Virus record (IMG/VR): IMGVR_UViG_3300025723_000048
Coordinates: 1 to 55,867 of that record
From: a virus
Taxonomy: Duplodnaviria > Caudoviricetes
Strand: one strand, 5' to 3'
Length of the DNA: 55,867 nt
The translations under genes were made by a program, and so were the position numbers. This document shows positions 19,855-28,684 of this stretch, piece after piece. Each line of letters starts with the position of its first letter. The stretch's first letter is position 1. Under the pieces are notes generated by a model. The model saw nothing but the letters and a program-made list of their open reading frames with translations. It searched no databases and had not been told where the DNA came from.

Positions 19855-20043
19855 TTATTTTTCTAAATGATTGTGTGCAGGAACTCCGAAACCGTAGAAC
19901 GTACCCATAACAGTATGCTCTATAAGTTCACTCATTAGGGCAATAGTGTCATCCTTAAGGAAACCTTCAAATGATTTACTTAACGCAAGCGTAACGTTTT
20001 CGATGACTTCGGCTTGTAACCTCTGTAATTGTTTTTCTTTCAT
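19855..20043 (-). CDS. Hypothetical protein
   Basis: Preceded by TATCTTTG promoter box at 20057-20064. Confidence 0.65.
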   Translation of the reverse strand: MKEKQLQRLQAEVIENVTLALSKSFEGFLKDDTIALMSELIEHTVMGTFYGFGVPAHNHLEK

Positions 20044-20104
20044 GTGTTATTTTTTACAAAGATAGTATAAATATGTGTAAATGATGTGTAATTCTAAAAT
20101 AAAT

Positions 20105-20131
20105 TTTAAAGTAGGGGGAAATTAATCCCCC
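20105..20131 (-). terminator. Intrinsic terminator
   Basis: GGGGG-N8-CCCCC stem followed by a U-rich tract on - strand. Confidence 0.6.
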
Positions 20132-20137
20132 GTTACC

Positions 20138-20275
20138 TTATGCATTCTTCTTAGCCTTCAATACAGGAGACTTTTCAACACCCTTACTGCCTATTTCTTT
20201 ACCTACTTTTGGCTTAGATAATTGTTGTGCAGGTGTTTTCCCTTTGATTGCTTTTGTTGTTTTTGCTGTTTTCAT
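20138..20275 (-). CDS. 45-aa Lys-rich basic peptide (not in ORF track)
   Basis: MKTAKTTKAIKGKTPAQQLSKPKVGKEIGSKGVEKSPVLKAKKNA*. Confidence 0.65.
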   Translation of the reverse strand: MKTAKTTKAIKGKTPAQQLSKPKVGKEIGSKGVEKSPVLKAKKNA

Positions 20276-20315
20276 TGTTGATTGTTTAAATGATTAAAGA
20301 TTTATGATAGTAAGA

Positions 20316-20504
20316 TTATGATTCTATTTTCGGATAGAACACTGCCGTCTTAGTGTTCTTTGTTTTCCATTCGTCAACTAATTTCTTAGCCTCTTCAAAG
20401 CAGCCTTCATTATACCACATTAAATGGTTTAGCTGAGCAATAAATATCATTCGTTCAGGCTCTGCCATATGGGCAAAGCTAGATAAGCCTGTGTGTTTTT
20501 CCAT
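20316..20504 (-). CDS. Hypothetical protein
   Basis: ORF track; operon packing. Confidence 0.65.
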   Translation of the reverse strand: MEKHTGLSSFAHMAEPERMIFIAQLNHLMWYNEGCFEEAKKLVDEWKTKNTKTAVFYPKIES

Positions 20505-20505
20505 G

Positions 20506-20706
20506 TTACTTATGATTAATCTTTCTAATAATTTTTACAACCGGTTTCTTATTCCAAAACCTCATCTCATGCTTCTCATCTCCGCAGCTACATCTGTGGT
20601 GTTGATGGCAATAAGTTTTAGAGGGATTGTTATACTCTTTAACAAACTCCCAACTATGAGAGTGGAGGGATGGCATCAGCGTTTGCAGTAATGATTTTAG
20701 ATTCAT
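20506..20706 (-). CDS. Small His/Cys-rich protein
   Basis: HSHSW...CHQHHRCSCG possible zinc ribbon. Confidence 0.55.
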   Translation of the reverse strand: MNLKSLLQTLMPSLHSHSWEFVKEYNNPSKTYCHQHHRCSCGDEKHEMRFWNKKPVVKIIRKINHK

Positions 20707-20884
20707 TTTCTTTAATTTGTTTGTTGTGTTGGTCTGTTAATAGTCTATCGAATACAGCTATAAAGAATAGAGCCGAAGGATAGGATGCTTTCTCCTGGGC
20801 GGAGAGAGTGTTGTAGTCTTTCTTAAGACTGTCATAGTTAGTAGATATAAATTCTGCTAACATCTTTAACATTACATTGGTCAT
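20654..20884 (-). CDS. Hypothetical protein
   Basis: Likely start MTNVML at 20884. Confidence 0.6.
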   Translation of the reverse strand: MTNVMLKMLAEFISTNYDSLKKDYNTLSAQEKASYPSALFFIAVFDRLLTDQHNKQIKENESKIITANADAIPPLS

Positions 20885-20894
20885 GTGTTTATTT

Positions 20895-21065
20895 TTAATC
20901 AGAGAATATGTCATCGAATAGTGTGTCAATAACATCTTGGCATTCGTGTAAAGTTCCGGAGAATATCTCTACATAGTCTGCCATTAGATAGTCATTGTAA
21001 GATAGATTCTTTGTACTAATTAAGATAGGTAGGTCGTGTGTTTCTTTCTTTAATACTACATACAT
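20895..21065 (-). CDS. Hypothetical protein
   Basis: Likely start MYVVLKK at 21065. Confidence 0.6.
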   Translation of the reverse strand: MYVVLKKETHDLPILISTKNLSYNDYLMADYVEIFSGTLHECQDVIDTLFDDIFSD

Positions 21066-21075
21066 AAAATTAATT

Positions 21076-21237
21076 TTAAGCGGTGAAGTACGCAAGGAAC
21101 TGTTCTTCTGTCCCTGAGAATTTCCTAGACGTTCCTAGGATGTCTTTAAATACTATTGTAGTATCATCGGATACTATATAGGATAAGATGTGTTGAACGA
21201 ATACGTGGTCGCCTGTTGTTGATAATACTGATTTCAT
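21076..21237 (-). CDS. 53-aa hypothetical protein (not in ORF track)
   Basis: MKSVLSTTGDHVFVQHILSY...FLAYFTA* fills the gap between neighbours. Confidence 0.65.
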   Translation of the reverse strand: MKSVLSTTGDHVFVQHILSYIVSDDTTIVFKDILGTSRKFSGTEEQFLAYFTA

Positions 21238-21263
21238 TCTGTAAAGTTAGGATAAGTTGTTGA

Positions 21264-21494
21264 TTAAAAAAATGTTTTTTCGATAATTATTTTTAGTGTG
21301 TCTGTTACATCTACTACATCATCTCCTAGCATAAGCTCTACTTTTTCTACCTCTCTATCCACATCAGGTGATGAAATATAGTGTAATCCATGGCACTCTT
21401 CTACCATTAGCATAGGTGGCCTACTTGTTTCTTTGTAAGTTATTCTTACTTCCATGTCTAGGTAATCTACTTTTGTTTCTATAATATTTTTCAT
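21264..21494 (-). CDS. Hypothetical protein
   Basis: Likely start MKNIIET; VEECHG.H motif. Confidence 0.65.
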   Translation of the reverse strand: MKNIIETKVDYLDMEVRITYKETSRPPMLMVEECHGLHYISSPDVDREVEKVELMLGDDVVDVTDTLKIIIEKTFF

Positions 21495-21505
21495 TTTATT
21501 ATTTT

Positions 21506-22141
21506 TTAAATTGTCCATTGATTAGCCATAGCATCGGCTATGCCTTGAAATGTTTTACTTCTTAATGTTCTTCTTTCTTGGTCGGTCTTAGTTTGAATAA
21601 AAGCCTCATAGTACCATGTAGGTTGCCGTTTTAATTTACCATTTTTGCCTATCCATTCTCTGAACTCTCCCTTCTCCACAATCATTGTGGGTATTAACTT
21701 AGGCAGGTTCTTTAACCATAAACAAGTTGACTTACTAGCTTTGTGTCCGAACTGATATGGTTGTATTATTTGGTCCGGCTTTCTTATCTTACTAGAGATT
21801 ACCGAGATAGGGTTTTCTATTGCTATCTTATTTATCGGAGCATCCATAAGCCTCCTGACAAAATCTAGGGCAGCCGTCTGATTTATTAATCGCAGCTCAT
21901 TTACTGAGCCATCTTTGTTATACATATGTTTCGCTCCACTAACAGATAGATAAGTACAAGGGGGGTGGGCTACCATTAGCTCCCACCCATCATCTAGGAT
22001 TTCAAACACATCTCTTTTTATGTGCCACTCCGGGTGTCCTCCGCTACAATCTATTATGTCACATGAGTATGCCTCATGCCCTTTTATTCTGAATGCTTTT
22101 GTGACCGCCTGGCTTTCCTCACAGGCTATCAGTACCTTCAT
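21506..22141 (-). CDS. Short DNA cytosine-5 methyltransferase-like protein
   Basis: VLIACEES (motif I variant), AHPPCT (motif IV), IENP (motif VI), RSKTF.GIA.AMA.QW. Confidence 0.8.
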   Translation of the reverse strand: MKVLIACEESQAVTKAFRIKGHEAYSCDIIDCSGGHPEWHIKRDVFEILDDGWELMVAHPPCTYLSVSGAKHMYNKDGSVNELRLINQTAALDFVRRLMDAPINKIAIENPISVISSKIRKPDQIIQPYQFGHKASKSTCLWLKNLPKLIPTMIVEKGEFREWIGKNGKLKRQPTWYYEAFIQTKTDQERRTLRSKTFQGIADAMANQWTI

Positions 22142-22337
22142 TTATTTTACAGTTTTCTATTAGTGAATAATATTTGTCATATAGGTCGTTGAATATATCC
22201 TGAGCCTTATCGGTATACCTTATTTCATTATCATCCTCTTCTGTTATTTTAATACAACCTTCCAAAATTTCGGTTAGTTCGTAGTCGGCTAACTCGGATG
22301 CTAACTCTACAATGTTTACTTTTATTATTGAAGTCAT
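22119..22337 (-). CDS. Small acidic hypothetical protein
   Basis: ORF track. Confidence 0.7.
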   Translation of the reverse strand: MTSIIKVNIVELASELADYELTEILEGCIKITEEDDNEIRYTDKAQDIFNDLYDKYYSLIENCKINEGTDSL

Positions 22338-22340
22338 GGC

Positions 22341-23144
22341 TTATCTTTTATTATATTTATTATTATAAATTATTTCTTCCTCTTCTAGTTCTTGATAGAT
22401 GCTTTCGCAATCGTTGCAAAGTATTGCCTCGTACTCCTGAATGTAGCTTAACTCAGTTGACTTATACTCCTCATGGCAGTCATCACATTTATATCTTTCT
22501 ACTACCTCATCGAAGTCCCACTCGCCATCAACGAACGCAGTTTCCCTAGGATGATAGTAAGAGTCTTTTATATCCGTAAAGTAAGAAGTCTTCGGCTGCT
22601 TGTATGCTTTGTAAGAGCTATTGGAAAACCAAAACCCATCATGCCACTCACCTGCTTGCTCGTTGATAATATGGAACTGGCCGGTCTTATCTAAGATTAC
22701 AAACTTATTGTACTCACCTATTGACATCTCTATCAATTTAAGCATCGCATAGTTATTATAGAAATCTTTTGGCAGCTCCTTAAGTATTGCATTGTTATAT
22801 ATACGAGTGTCATTGTCCTTAGAGTTAAAAGGAACTTCTATGTCTAGGATACCATTGTGACAAAAGAAAGCCTCGTCACTAATCTTAAAGGGATGAATGT
22901 TTCTCTCGTTGATACCTGCTGAGGTTGCTATACGGAAGTGTAGAACAATATTAGTATCTAACATCTCGGACACAAACTTATACTCAGAGTAGAACTTATC
23001 GAAACTCTTTAACTCTTTAACTACTACAATCTTTTCTTTGTGAGCATACATCATGCCGGCTCCATGGGAGTTTCTCTTCCAACAATTTTCTAGTATCTCT
23101 TTTGATAATCTTTTACCCTTTGGTTGAACTGCTATTATACACAT
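22341..23144 (-). CDS. Class II (Ntn) glutamine amidotransferase with C-terminal zinc finger
   Basis: N-terminal M-C nucleophile, HFRIAT, HPF, HNG, WFSN; CDDC...CNDC. Confidence 0.9.
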   Translation of the reverse strand: MCIIAVQPKGKRLSKEILENCWKRNSHGAGMMYAHKEKIVVVKELKSFDKFYSEYKFVSEMLDTNIVLHFRIATSAGINERNIHPFKISDEAFFCHNGILDIEVPFNSKDNDTRIYNNAILKELPKDFYNNYAMLKLIEMSIGEYNKFVILDKTGQFHIINEQAGEWHDGFWFSNSSYKAYKQPKTSYFTDIKDSYYHPRETAFVDGEWDFDEVVERYKCDDCHEEYKSTELSYIQEYEAILCNDCESIYQELEEEEIIYNNKYNKR

Positions 23145-23147
23145 ATG

Positions 23148-24500
23148 TTATATTTTTTTATCTTTTAAAAATTTCTTTAATAATGAATACTCGTTGAAGT
23201 TGTTTATATATTTCTTAAAGTTGTCTACGGTCATATCTTTCTCATCCCTAGTAAAGCAGAACATAGCATGAGCGAATTGTATATTCTTCATGAATGAGTT
23301 GAAGTTTAATGTACCTCTAAATATCCTCAGCTCGATTGTGGCATCGTTCTGCAAGTTGATAGCTGTATATCTTCTAGAGTTGCCGGCCTTCTTCTTTGCT
23401 TTGTATATCAAGTCATTATCATTCTCGTTCTCGATTGCTGCCCAATTCTGCAGGGCCTCAGTCTTCCTTTGGGATATTGATACAACGAAGTCTTTGTTGT
23501 CTATAAAGAACTTCATGAATCTATATAGCTGCCAGGTGCCGAATGATTTTTTACTAAGGTGAATGTGCATACCGCACGTTGTAGAATCGTATGACCTAAA
23601 GCCGTTGCCTATAAGTTTGTCTAACTTATCTTTGAACTCTAGCTGAGACTTTATTATGTACTCGAATGTCATAGGGTGAGACACTATCTCAAAGCCAGTC
23701 TTAAGGCTGCCATCGGACTTGAAGTAAAGATTGTCATCCTTAATTAAATCGGCCATCTCGTTATTATCAATACTCTTCTTGTCGTTCTCTACTTCTAACT
23801 CTAGGCCAAAGAATAGTTCACCCTTGCCAAAGAACTTGGCGTCTGGCTTGTAAGAATAGTTCTTGATATGTCTCTTTGATTGCCCATAACAATCATCGCA
23901 ATACCATCTGTCTTCACTCTCGTTGTGACTCATGTCATCAGTGTGAGTCCACTCATCGCAATTGGAACAAGTATCGTAGTTACCACTCGTCTCGATACAA
24001 TCTGCACATACATCCACACCGCCAACGCTTGTTATGTCATCACATCCAAAGTGCTCTGAGCACTGTTCACATCTAATGTAATTCCTATCCCTGCAATCAT
24101 CGCAAACAATTCTGTCACGAACCCTACCTCTAGAGATGTACTTAACCTCAGTCATATATTGACACTCTTCTTCGCAATCCTCGCACCATCCGTAGTCACC
24201 ACTCTCATAGCAGCTATTACAGATTGAATCCCCACCTATATAGTGGACCGTCTCATCTTCTGCCATAGGGTCGGAGCAATTACCGCAGGTAGGTAACTTT
24301 TCTAGGCAACCATTGCATAGTACTTTGTTGCCAACTTCCGTAAAGTCATCGGTATACTCGGAGCAATCATCGCAGCACAAATAGCTTCCATCGTCAAAAC
24401 ATTCTTTACATACGGTATAGTCGTTGTTGATTATTGTTTCGTCTCCCTTCTCTACTAATTTGTCACAGTCATTACATTTAAAACAAGTTATCTCTTCCAT
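23148..24500 (-). CDS. Amidoligase (GS-like COOH-NH2 ligase) with tandem N-terminal zinc fingers
   Basis: FGLELEVE, DGSL, FEIVSHP, CGMHIHLS, RY.AIN, TIELRIFRGT; 12 CxxC motifs in the N-terminal half. Confidence 0.9.
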   Translation of the reverse strand: MEEITCFKCNDCDKLVEKGDETIINNDYTVCKECFDDGSYLCCDDCSEYTDDFTEVGNKVLCNGCLEKLPTCGNCSDPMAEDETVHYIGGDSICNSCYESGDYGWCEDCEEECQYMTEVKYISRGRVRDRIVCDDCRDRNYIRCEQCSEHFGCDDITSVGGVDVCADCIETSGNYDTCSNCDEWTHTDDMSHNESEDRWYCDDCYGQSKRHIKNYSYKPDAKFFGKGELFFGLELEVENDKKSIDNNEMADLIKDDNLYFKSDGSLKTGFEIVSHPMTFEYIIKSQLEFKDKLDKLIGNGFRSYDSTTCGMHIHLSKKSFGTWQLYRFMKFFIDNKDFVVSISQRKTEALQNWAAIENENDNDLIYKAKKKAGNSRRYTAINLQNDATIELRIFRGTLNFNSFMKNIQFAHAMFCFTRDEKDMTVDNFKKYINNFNEYSLLKKFLKDKKI

Positions 24501-24619
24501 GATAATAGGTTTAAAATTGTGAATTTAATTTCATTAGTCGCCATGAATAAAAGATTGATGATGTCGGGATGTGCATTGCTATCCGGACAAAGGCCTAGGA
24601 TGTGCAGTAGTGTTTCCAT
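24488..24619 (-). CDS. 43-aa peptide (not in ORF track)
   Basis: METLLHILGLCPDSNAHPDIINLLF...; AAACACATG start context. Confidence 0.55.
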   Translation of the reverse strand: METLLHILGLCPDSNAHPDIINLLFMATNEIKFTILNLLSWKR

Positions 24620-24623
24620 GTGT

Positions 24624-24710
24624 TTAGATGTTTGAATGTAATACTCCTCCGTGGTTTGAGTTTAAATAGTCTTTAATCTTTTGTAGGATTGTTTTGATTT
24701 TCTGTGCCAT
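24624..24710 (-). CDS. 28-aa peptide (not in ORF track)
   Basis: MAQKIKTILQKIKDYLNSNHGGVLHSNI*; AAACACATG start context. Confidence 0.5.
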   Translation of the reverse strand: MAQKIKTILQKIKDYLNSNHGGVLHSNI

Positions 24711-24731
24711 GTGTTTATTTGTTTTGTTTGT

Positions 24732-24953
24732 TTAAAAATTAGGTACTTTTGCGTCTGCAATATTTTTTATTCTTTCTATTTTTTTTGCAGCCAACTTTTT
24801 ATTTTCTAATTGAATAATTACTCTTCCGTACTCTGTTTTATTTTCCCATGAATCAAGCATGGGCTTAGTATAAAGGCCTTTCCTATCCTGCCAAAAAAAT
24901 AATATTAGAGTACCGTCTATATCCTCGACTATTTTTTTACTATACTTTGCCAT
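24732..24953 (-). CDS. Hypothetical early protein
   Basis: ORF track. Confidence 0.6.
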   Translation of the reverse strand: MAKYSKKIVEDIDGTLILFFWQDRKGLYTKPMLDSWENKTEYGRVIIQLENKKLAAKKIERIKNIADAKVPNF

Positions 24954-25385
24954 ATATAAATGTTTATAGGCCCGTATTAGAATCGAATCTCACGGCTTAA
25001 CCGTACGGGCAAATATGAATGTAAGCCCTAATAAATAGGGCCTTTTAATTATTAACTTTTATTATCTATCATACAACTTTGCTAGTATTGTATGATTTTC
25101 GAATGTATTAACCTTTCAATAATTATAAATAAGTTCTTTTGCTGTAAAATTTTTTATAACTCACATACTAATATGTGGAAATAATTAAACTTTACAGTTA
25201 GTTTACAGGTTAATACAGTATTTCAAGGAACTACATAAATTCTAAAAATAATTGTTCACCCTGTTAAGTAGTTAGCTTAACCAAACGAACGTACGGTATT
25301 TAGAATGTATTTTAAAGAACTGAAAGGCCTTGAATATTCGATATTCACCCTTGCCTATTTGCAGCAAGGTAAAGGCCTTTATAAC

Positions 25386-25826
25386 TTAATTTAGTGCTAA
25401 TTGCTCGAAAGTCAATCTTTTGCTTTCGTTATCTTTCATTGCTTTCTTGATGTTAACAACTGATGGCAAATTCTGTGTATCAACTAGCAATTTTGGTGCA
25501 AATTGTTTGCGAATAGTTGAAAAAATAGCCTTTGCAGTGCTTACAAGTTCTTTACGCATGGTTTCCTTACCCTCAACAAGTATACTATTGCCATCCACTT
25601 CGATTGATATTGCCCACTCAATCGGTTGACCCTTTGCAATACCTAAAAACATATTATTTAATAGGTCGGTGAATAAGGGGGCAAGGCCATTACCCCACGT
25701 TTGACCCGAAGCCACGTTAAAAGTAGTTGACCTACTTAAGCCTGAAAATGTAGCTGCCTTATCATTCGTGAAAGATAGGGCGTCTAATGTGAAACTTACT
25801 GTTGCTGAATTGTTTGTGTTTGTCAT
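25386..25826 (-). CDS. First gene of the leftward early operon, hypothetical
   Basis: 146-aa ORF followed directly by a structured element. Confidence 0.75.
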   Translation of the reverse strand: MTNTNNSATVSFTLDALSFTNDKAATFSGLSRSTTFNVASGQTWGNGLAPLFTDLLNNMFLGIAKGQPIEWAISIEVDGNSILVEGKETMRKELVSTAKAIFSTIRKQFAPKLLVDTQNLPSVVNIKKAMKDNESKRLTFEQLALN

Positions 25827-25859
25827 GATTGAAAATTTTTGTGTTTGAAAAATGTGTTT

Positions 25860-26820
25860 ATGTTTTTAAATCGGAAGCAATATGGGGTCAATTTTTTTAT
25901 TTTCCAAAAATGTACAAAAGACAAATGTTAAAATTGGGTATAAAAATAGGCTGCAAAATCCCTAGTATTCAATAAGAGTAAGGCTTTCACATTTTAACAT
26001 AACATCATAAAAATAATTTCAAAAAGATAAAAAAATAGGGCAAAAAACATTTAGCAAAATTTAGCAAAAATTAGCAAAATAACAGGAAAAGTTAGCAAAA
26101 TTTTACTAAAAAAATTAGTATAGCATTTCCCTGGTAACTATATTACAGAAAAAATAAGGTAAAAAATAGGTAATAAATAATAAAAGATACAATAAAAAAA
26201 TAAGTAAAAAAGTAGGCTAATAACTCAGTAAAAATATAGCAGCAAATAAAGTAAGAAAAGAAAGAAAGGAAATAAATAATTGTGTATAATATTAAGGTAA
26301 AGAATAGTATCTAATATATTTCGAAGACCCTATGCACATACTTTAGTAGCACATACTTAATATAGTATAGGCTTATTCATTATTCATTTTTATTTGAAGA
26401 TATATATACGTGCCTATAAATAAGAGGATAAGGGGAGTCACTACCCTTTGCTTATCCTTACTCATTTGAACTAATTAATTCAATGTATGCACATACGCGT
26501 ATTGACATATATGTATGTACACAGGTTTAGTTATTTTAATTTGCACTCCACCCATGCGTTTCTTGTGGTACTATGGACCCCATTTGATTTACATATCCCG
26601 TACCCGGTTTTATTATTCACCCTAGAGTAGGCCACGCTGCGACTCACTAATTCGTCTCGCTACATAATACTATTATTATCTTTCCTCTGAAACCCAATAC
26701 AGGTAACAACTACCTATCAAATTATTTGAACAAAAGATACTGCAGTGTTCAAATTATTAGTACAATTACCTTAAATAATAGTTGTATAATAAATTTGTTA
26801 ATGTTCAAATTATTAGTACA
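25860..26820. other. Non-coding divergence region: candidate replication origin or genome terminus
   Basis: Strong A skew, repeated AAAAATA(A/G)G, TTAGCAAAA repeats, adjacent RepL-like gene. Confidence 0.55.
26051..26100. repeat. Four TTAGCAAAA iteron-like repeats
   Basis: Starts at 26051, 26061, 26071, 26092; 10-bp phasing. Confidence 0.85.
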
Positions 26821-26824
26821 TTTG
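26746..26824 (+). promoter_or_regulatory. Promoter with a 19-bp direct-repeat operator
   Basis: TGTTCAAATTATTAGTACA at 26746 and 26802; TTTG(26794)-N19-TACATTTG(26817). Confidence 0.8.
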
Positions 26825-26828
26825 TGTT

Positions 26829-27314
26829 ATGAGTATCACAAGCTATCCAACATATGACTATAATCCATTTAGAGTAGACCATCAGCAGTTCAGGAATATA
26901 CCTAAGGTTGATTTGAAGTCAGGTGAGGTTAAGTATAATGTTGCAGACTTTGAGAGTCATGTTAGAATATATAGCAGTGCTTTTGAGGATTTGAGTGAGT
27001 TGAACTCTATGGCTATCAAGATATTGACTTATATGTTTAGGGAGATTGCTGATGACATGGTTAGGTTAAATGTACAGGAGTTGATTGCTGAGTTTAAGCT
27101 TAGCAGCAGAGGAACGGTCTATAGGGGGTTAATAGATTTATTGGATAAGAAGTTTATGGTAAGGAAGGCCGGCACTGATTACTATTTTATAAACCCTGCT
27201 AAGATATATAAGGGTTCAAGGTCTAAGTGGTATCATGATACTTGTGAGTTTGACAAGGATAACAATATAGAGAAGATAAGAACATTTGAAATACCTAAAA
27301 GCAAATTAAGATGA
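26829..27314 (+). CDS. RepL-like winged-helix replication or regulatory protein
   Basis: A.KIL.Y...S..TVYRGL..L..K.F......YFINP...YKG.R matches the RepL-type pattern. Confidence 0.75.
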   Translation: MSITSYPTYDYNPFRVDHQQFRNIPKVDLKSGEVKYNVADFESHVRIYSSAFEDLSELNSMAIKILTYMFREIADDMVRLNVQELIAEFKLSSRGTVYRGLIDLLDKKFMVRKAGTDYYFINPAKIYKGSRSKWYHDTCEFDKDNNIEKIRTFEIPKSKLR

Positions 27315-27451
27315 GTTTAGTTAAAAAGATAGTTATAACAATAGTTGTGTTACCTTTATTAGTATTAATGTCAGCAGCTATTGCTATTATAGATGCAGTA
27401 GAGAGCTTCTGTAAATATATATATTATTCAATAAAAGAGATATACGAATGA
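27311..27451 (+). CDS. 46-aa membrane peptide (not in ORF track)
   Basis: MSLVKKIVITIVVLPLLVLMSAAIAIIDAV...; ATGA overlaps at both ends. Confidence 0.6.
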   Translation: MSLVKKIVITIVVLPLLVLMSAAIAIIDAVESFCKYIYYSIKEIYE

Positions 27452-27711
27452 ACTGTTACATCTGCAACAAGCACGTTCACAAGGCTTTAAAGTCTAGTGG
27501 GATAAGTTTTGGATACTGTGATGAGCACGCTCATACTGTACAGATAGGTGTTGTTAAATTTATACTACACCATACTCTAGCTCAGTTAAATGAGGACAAG
27601 ATAAGATACTATGAGGCACAGAAGGGAGCTGCTTCTATTGAGTTTAACAAACAAAAAGAAATGCTTAATGAGTTATTCGACGAGGACCAATACACGGAAC
27701 AAGGCTTCTAA
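27448..27711 (+). CDS. Small zinc-finger protein
   Basis: CYIC...YCDEH. Confidence 0.65.
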   Translation: MNCYICNKHVHKALKSSGISFGYCDEHAHTVQIGVVKFILHHTLAQLNEDKIRYYEAQKGAASIEFNKQKEMLNELFDEDQYTEQGF

Positions 27712-28108
27712 GAAACCTAAGACAACTAGAAGTAGCACAAAGAAGATAACAAAAGAATCGTTACCTGATATGTTAAAGAAGACTCAGGTAGTGTTTAACA
27801 GATATATAAGAAATAGGGATGAGGGGTTACAATGTATTTCTTGCGGAAGTAATGCCGGCAATCAGGCAGGACACTATTTCCCGGTAAAGGGATTCTCCGC
27901 TTTGAGGTATGACGAATGGAATGTAAATTTGCAATGTGCAGGATGTAACTTATTTTTACACGGTAACCAGGCAATGTATAGAATAGGCCTTGTAAATAAG
28001 ATAGGTGAGAAAGCAGTTAAAGAGTTGGAAGGTATAGCCATAAAGAATAGAGTTAAGAAATGGTCTATAGAGGAGTTAAAAGGAATAATTAAAAAGTATG
28101 ATATATGA
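27668..28108 (+). CDS. ninG: NinG/Rap-like HNH endonuclease
   Basis: Q.VFN.YIR.RD...CISCG...AGHY.......LRYDE.NV..QC..CN....GN...YR..L; likely start ATG 27668. Confidence 0.9.
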   Translation: MSYSTRTNTRNKASKKPKTTRSSTKKITKESLPDMLKKTQVVFNRYIRNRDEGLQCISCGSNAGNQAGHYFPVKGFSALRYDEWNVNLQCAGCNLFLHGNQAMYRIGLVNKIGEKAVKELEGIAIKNRVKKWSIEELKGIIKKYDI

Positions 28109-28389
28109 GTTCAGCTTGGCAAAAAAAAGAAGGTAAGAATCCTGAGGGAGGTCTAAATGCAAAAGGTAGAGCTTCCTATAATAAAGAAACAGGTGGCCAT
28201 TTGAAAGCTCCTGTTAAGAGTGGTACTAATCCTAGGAGGGTATCTTTTGCAGCTAGATTTGCTGCTATGAAAGGGCCTATGAAAAAACCAAATGGAGAGC
28301 CTACTAGAAAAGCATTAGCTTTGAAGGCTTGGGGATTTGGTAGTGTAGAGTCTGCCAAGAAATTTGCTAACGCTCATAAAAAGAAATAG
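28105..28389 (+). CDS. Conserved small basic phage protein (DUF6321-like)
   Basis: AWQ.KEGKNP.GGLN.KGR.SY...RR.SF.AR...G...R.ALAL..WG. Confidence 0.7.
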   Translation: MSSAWQKKEGKNPEGGLNAKGRASYNKETGGHLKAPVKSGTNPRRVSFAARFAAMKGPMKKPNGEPTRKALALKAWGFGSVESAKKFANAHKKK

Positions 28390-28390
28390 T

Positions 28391-28681
28391 ATGAAAAATA
28401 GTCTAGCAGGAAGTAAGAAGGGTAAGTCAGAGTCGGCTAAATACTTTCAAAACAATCCTGAGGCTCGTAAGAAAAAGAACGAGTATAATAAAGAGTATCA
28501 TTCTTCTGACGAAAGAAAGAAGTATCGTGTAAGGCTAAATAAGGCCAATAGAGACGCTGGAACTTACGGTAATAAAGATGGTAAGGATATGAGCCATACT
28601 AAGTCAGGAAAGGTTGTTAGCGAATCTCAAACAGCAAACAGAGCTAGGAACGGTAAGGATGGAGAATCAACTAAAAAATAA
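28391..28681 (+). CDS. Small basic HNH-like protein
   Basis: Y...YH...R...N.A.R...DGKD.SH.K......S...NR; start ATG 28391. Confidence 0.6.
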   Translation: MKNSLAGSKKGKSESAKYFQNNPEARKKKNEYNKEYHSSDERKKYRVRLNKANRDAGTYGNKDGKDMSHTKSGKVVSESQTANRARNGKDGESTKK

Positions 28682-28684
28682 AAC

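Noticed and set aside
24970-25010. tRNA gene
   Set aside because: Only ~41 nt with no anticodon arm; kept as a tRNA-like element only.
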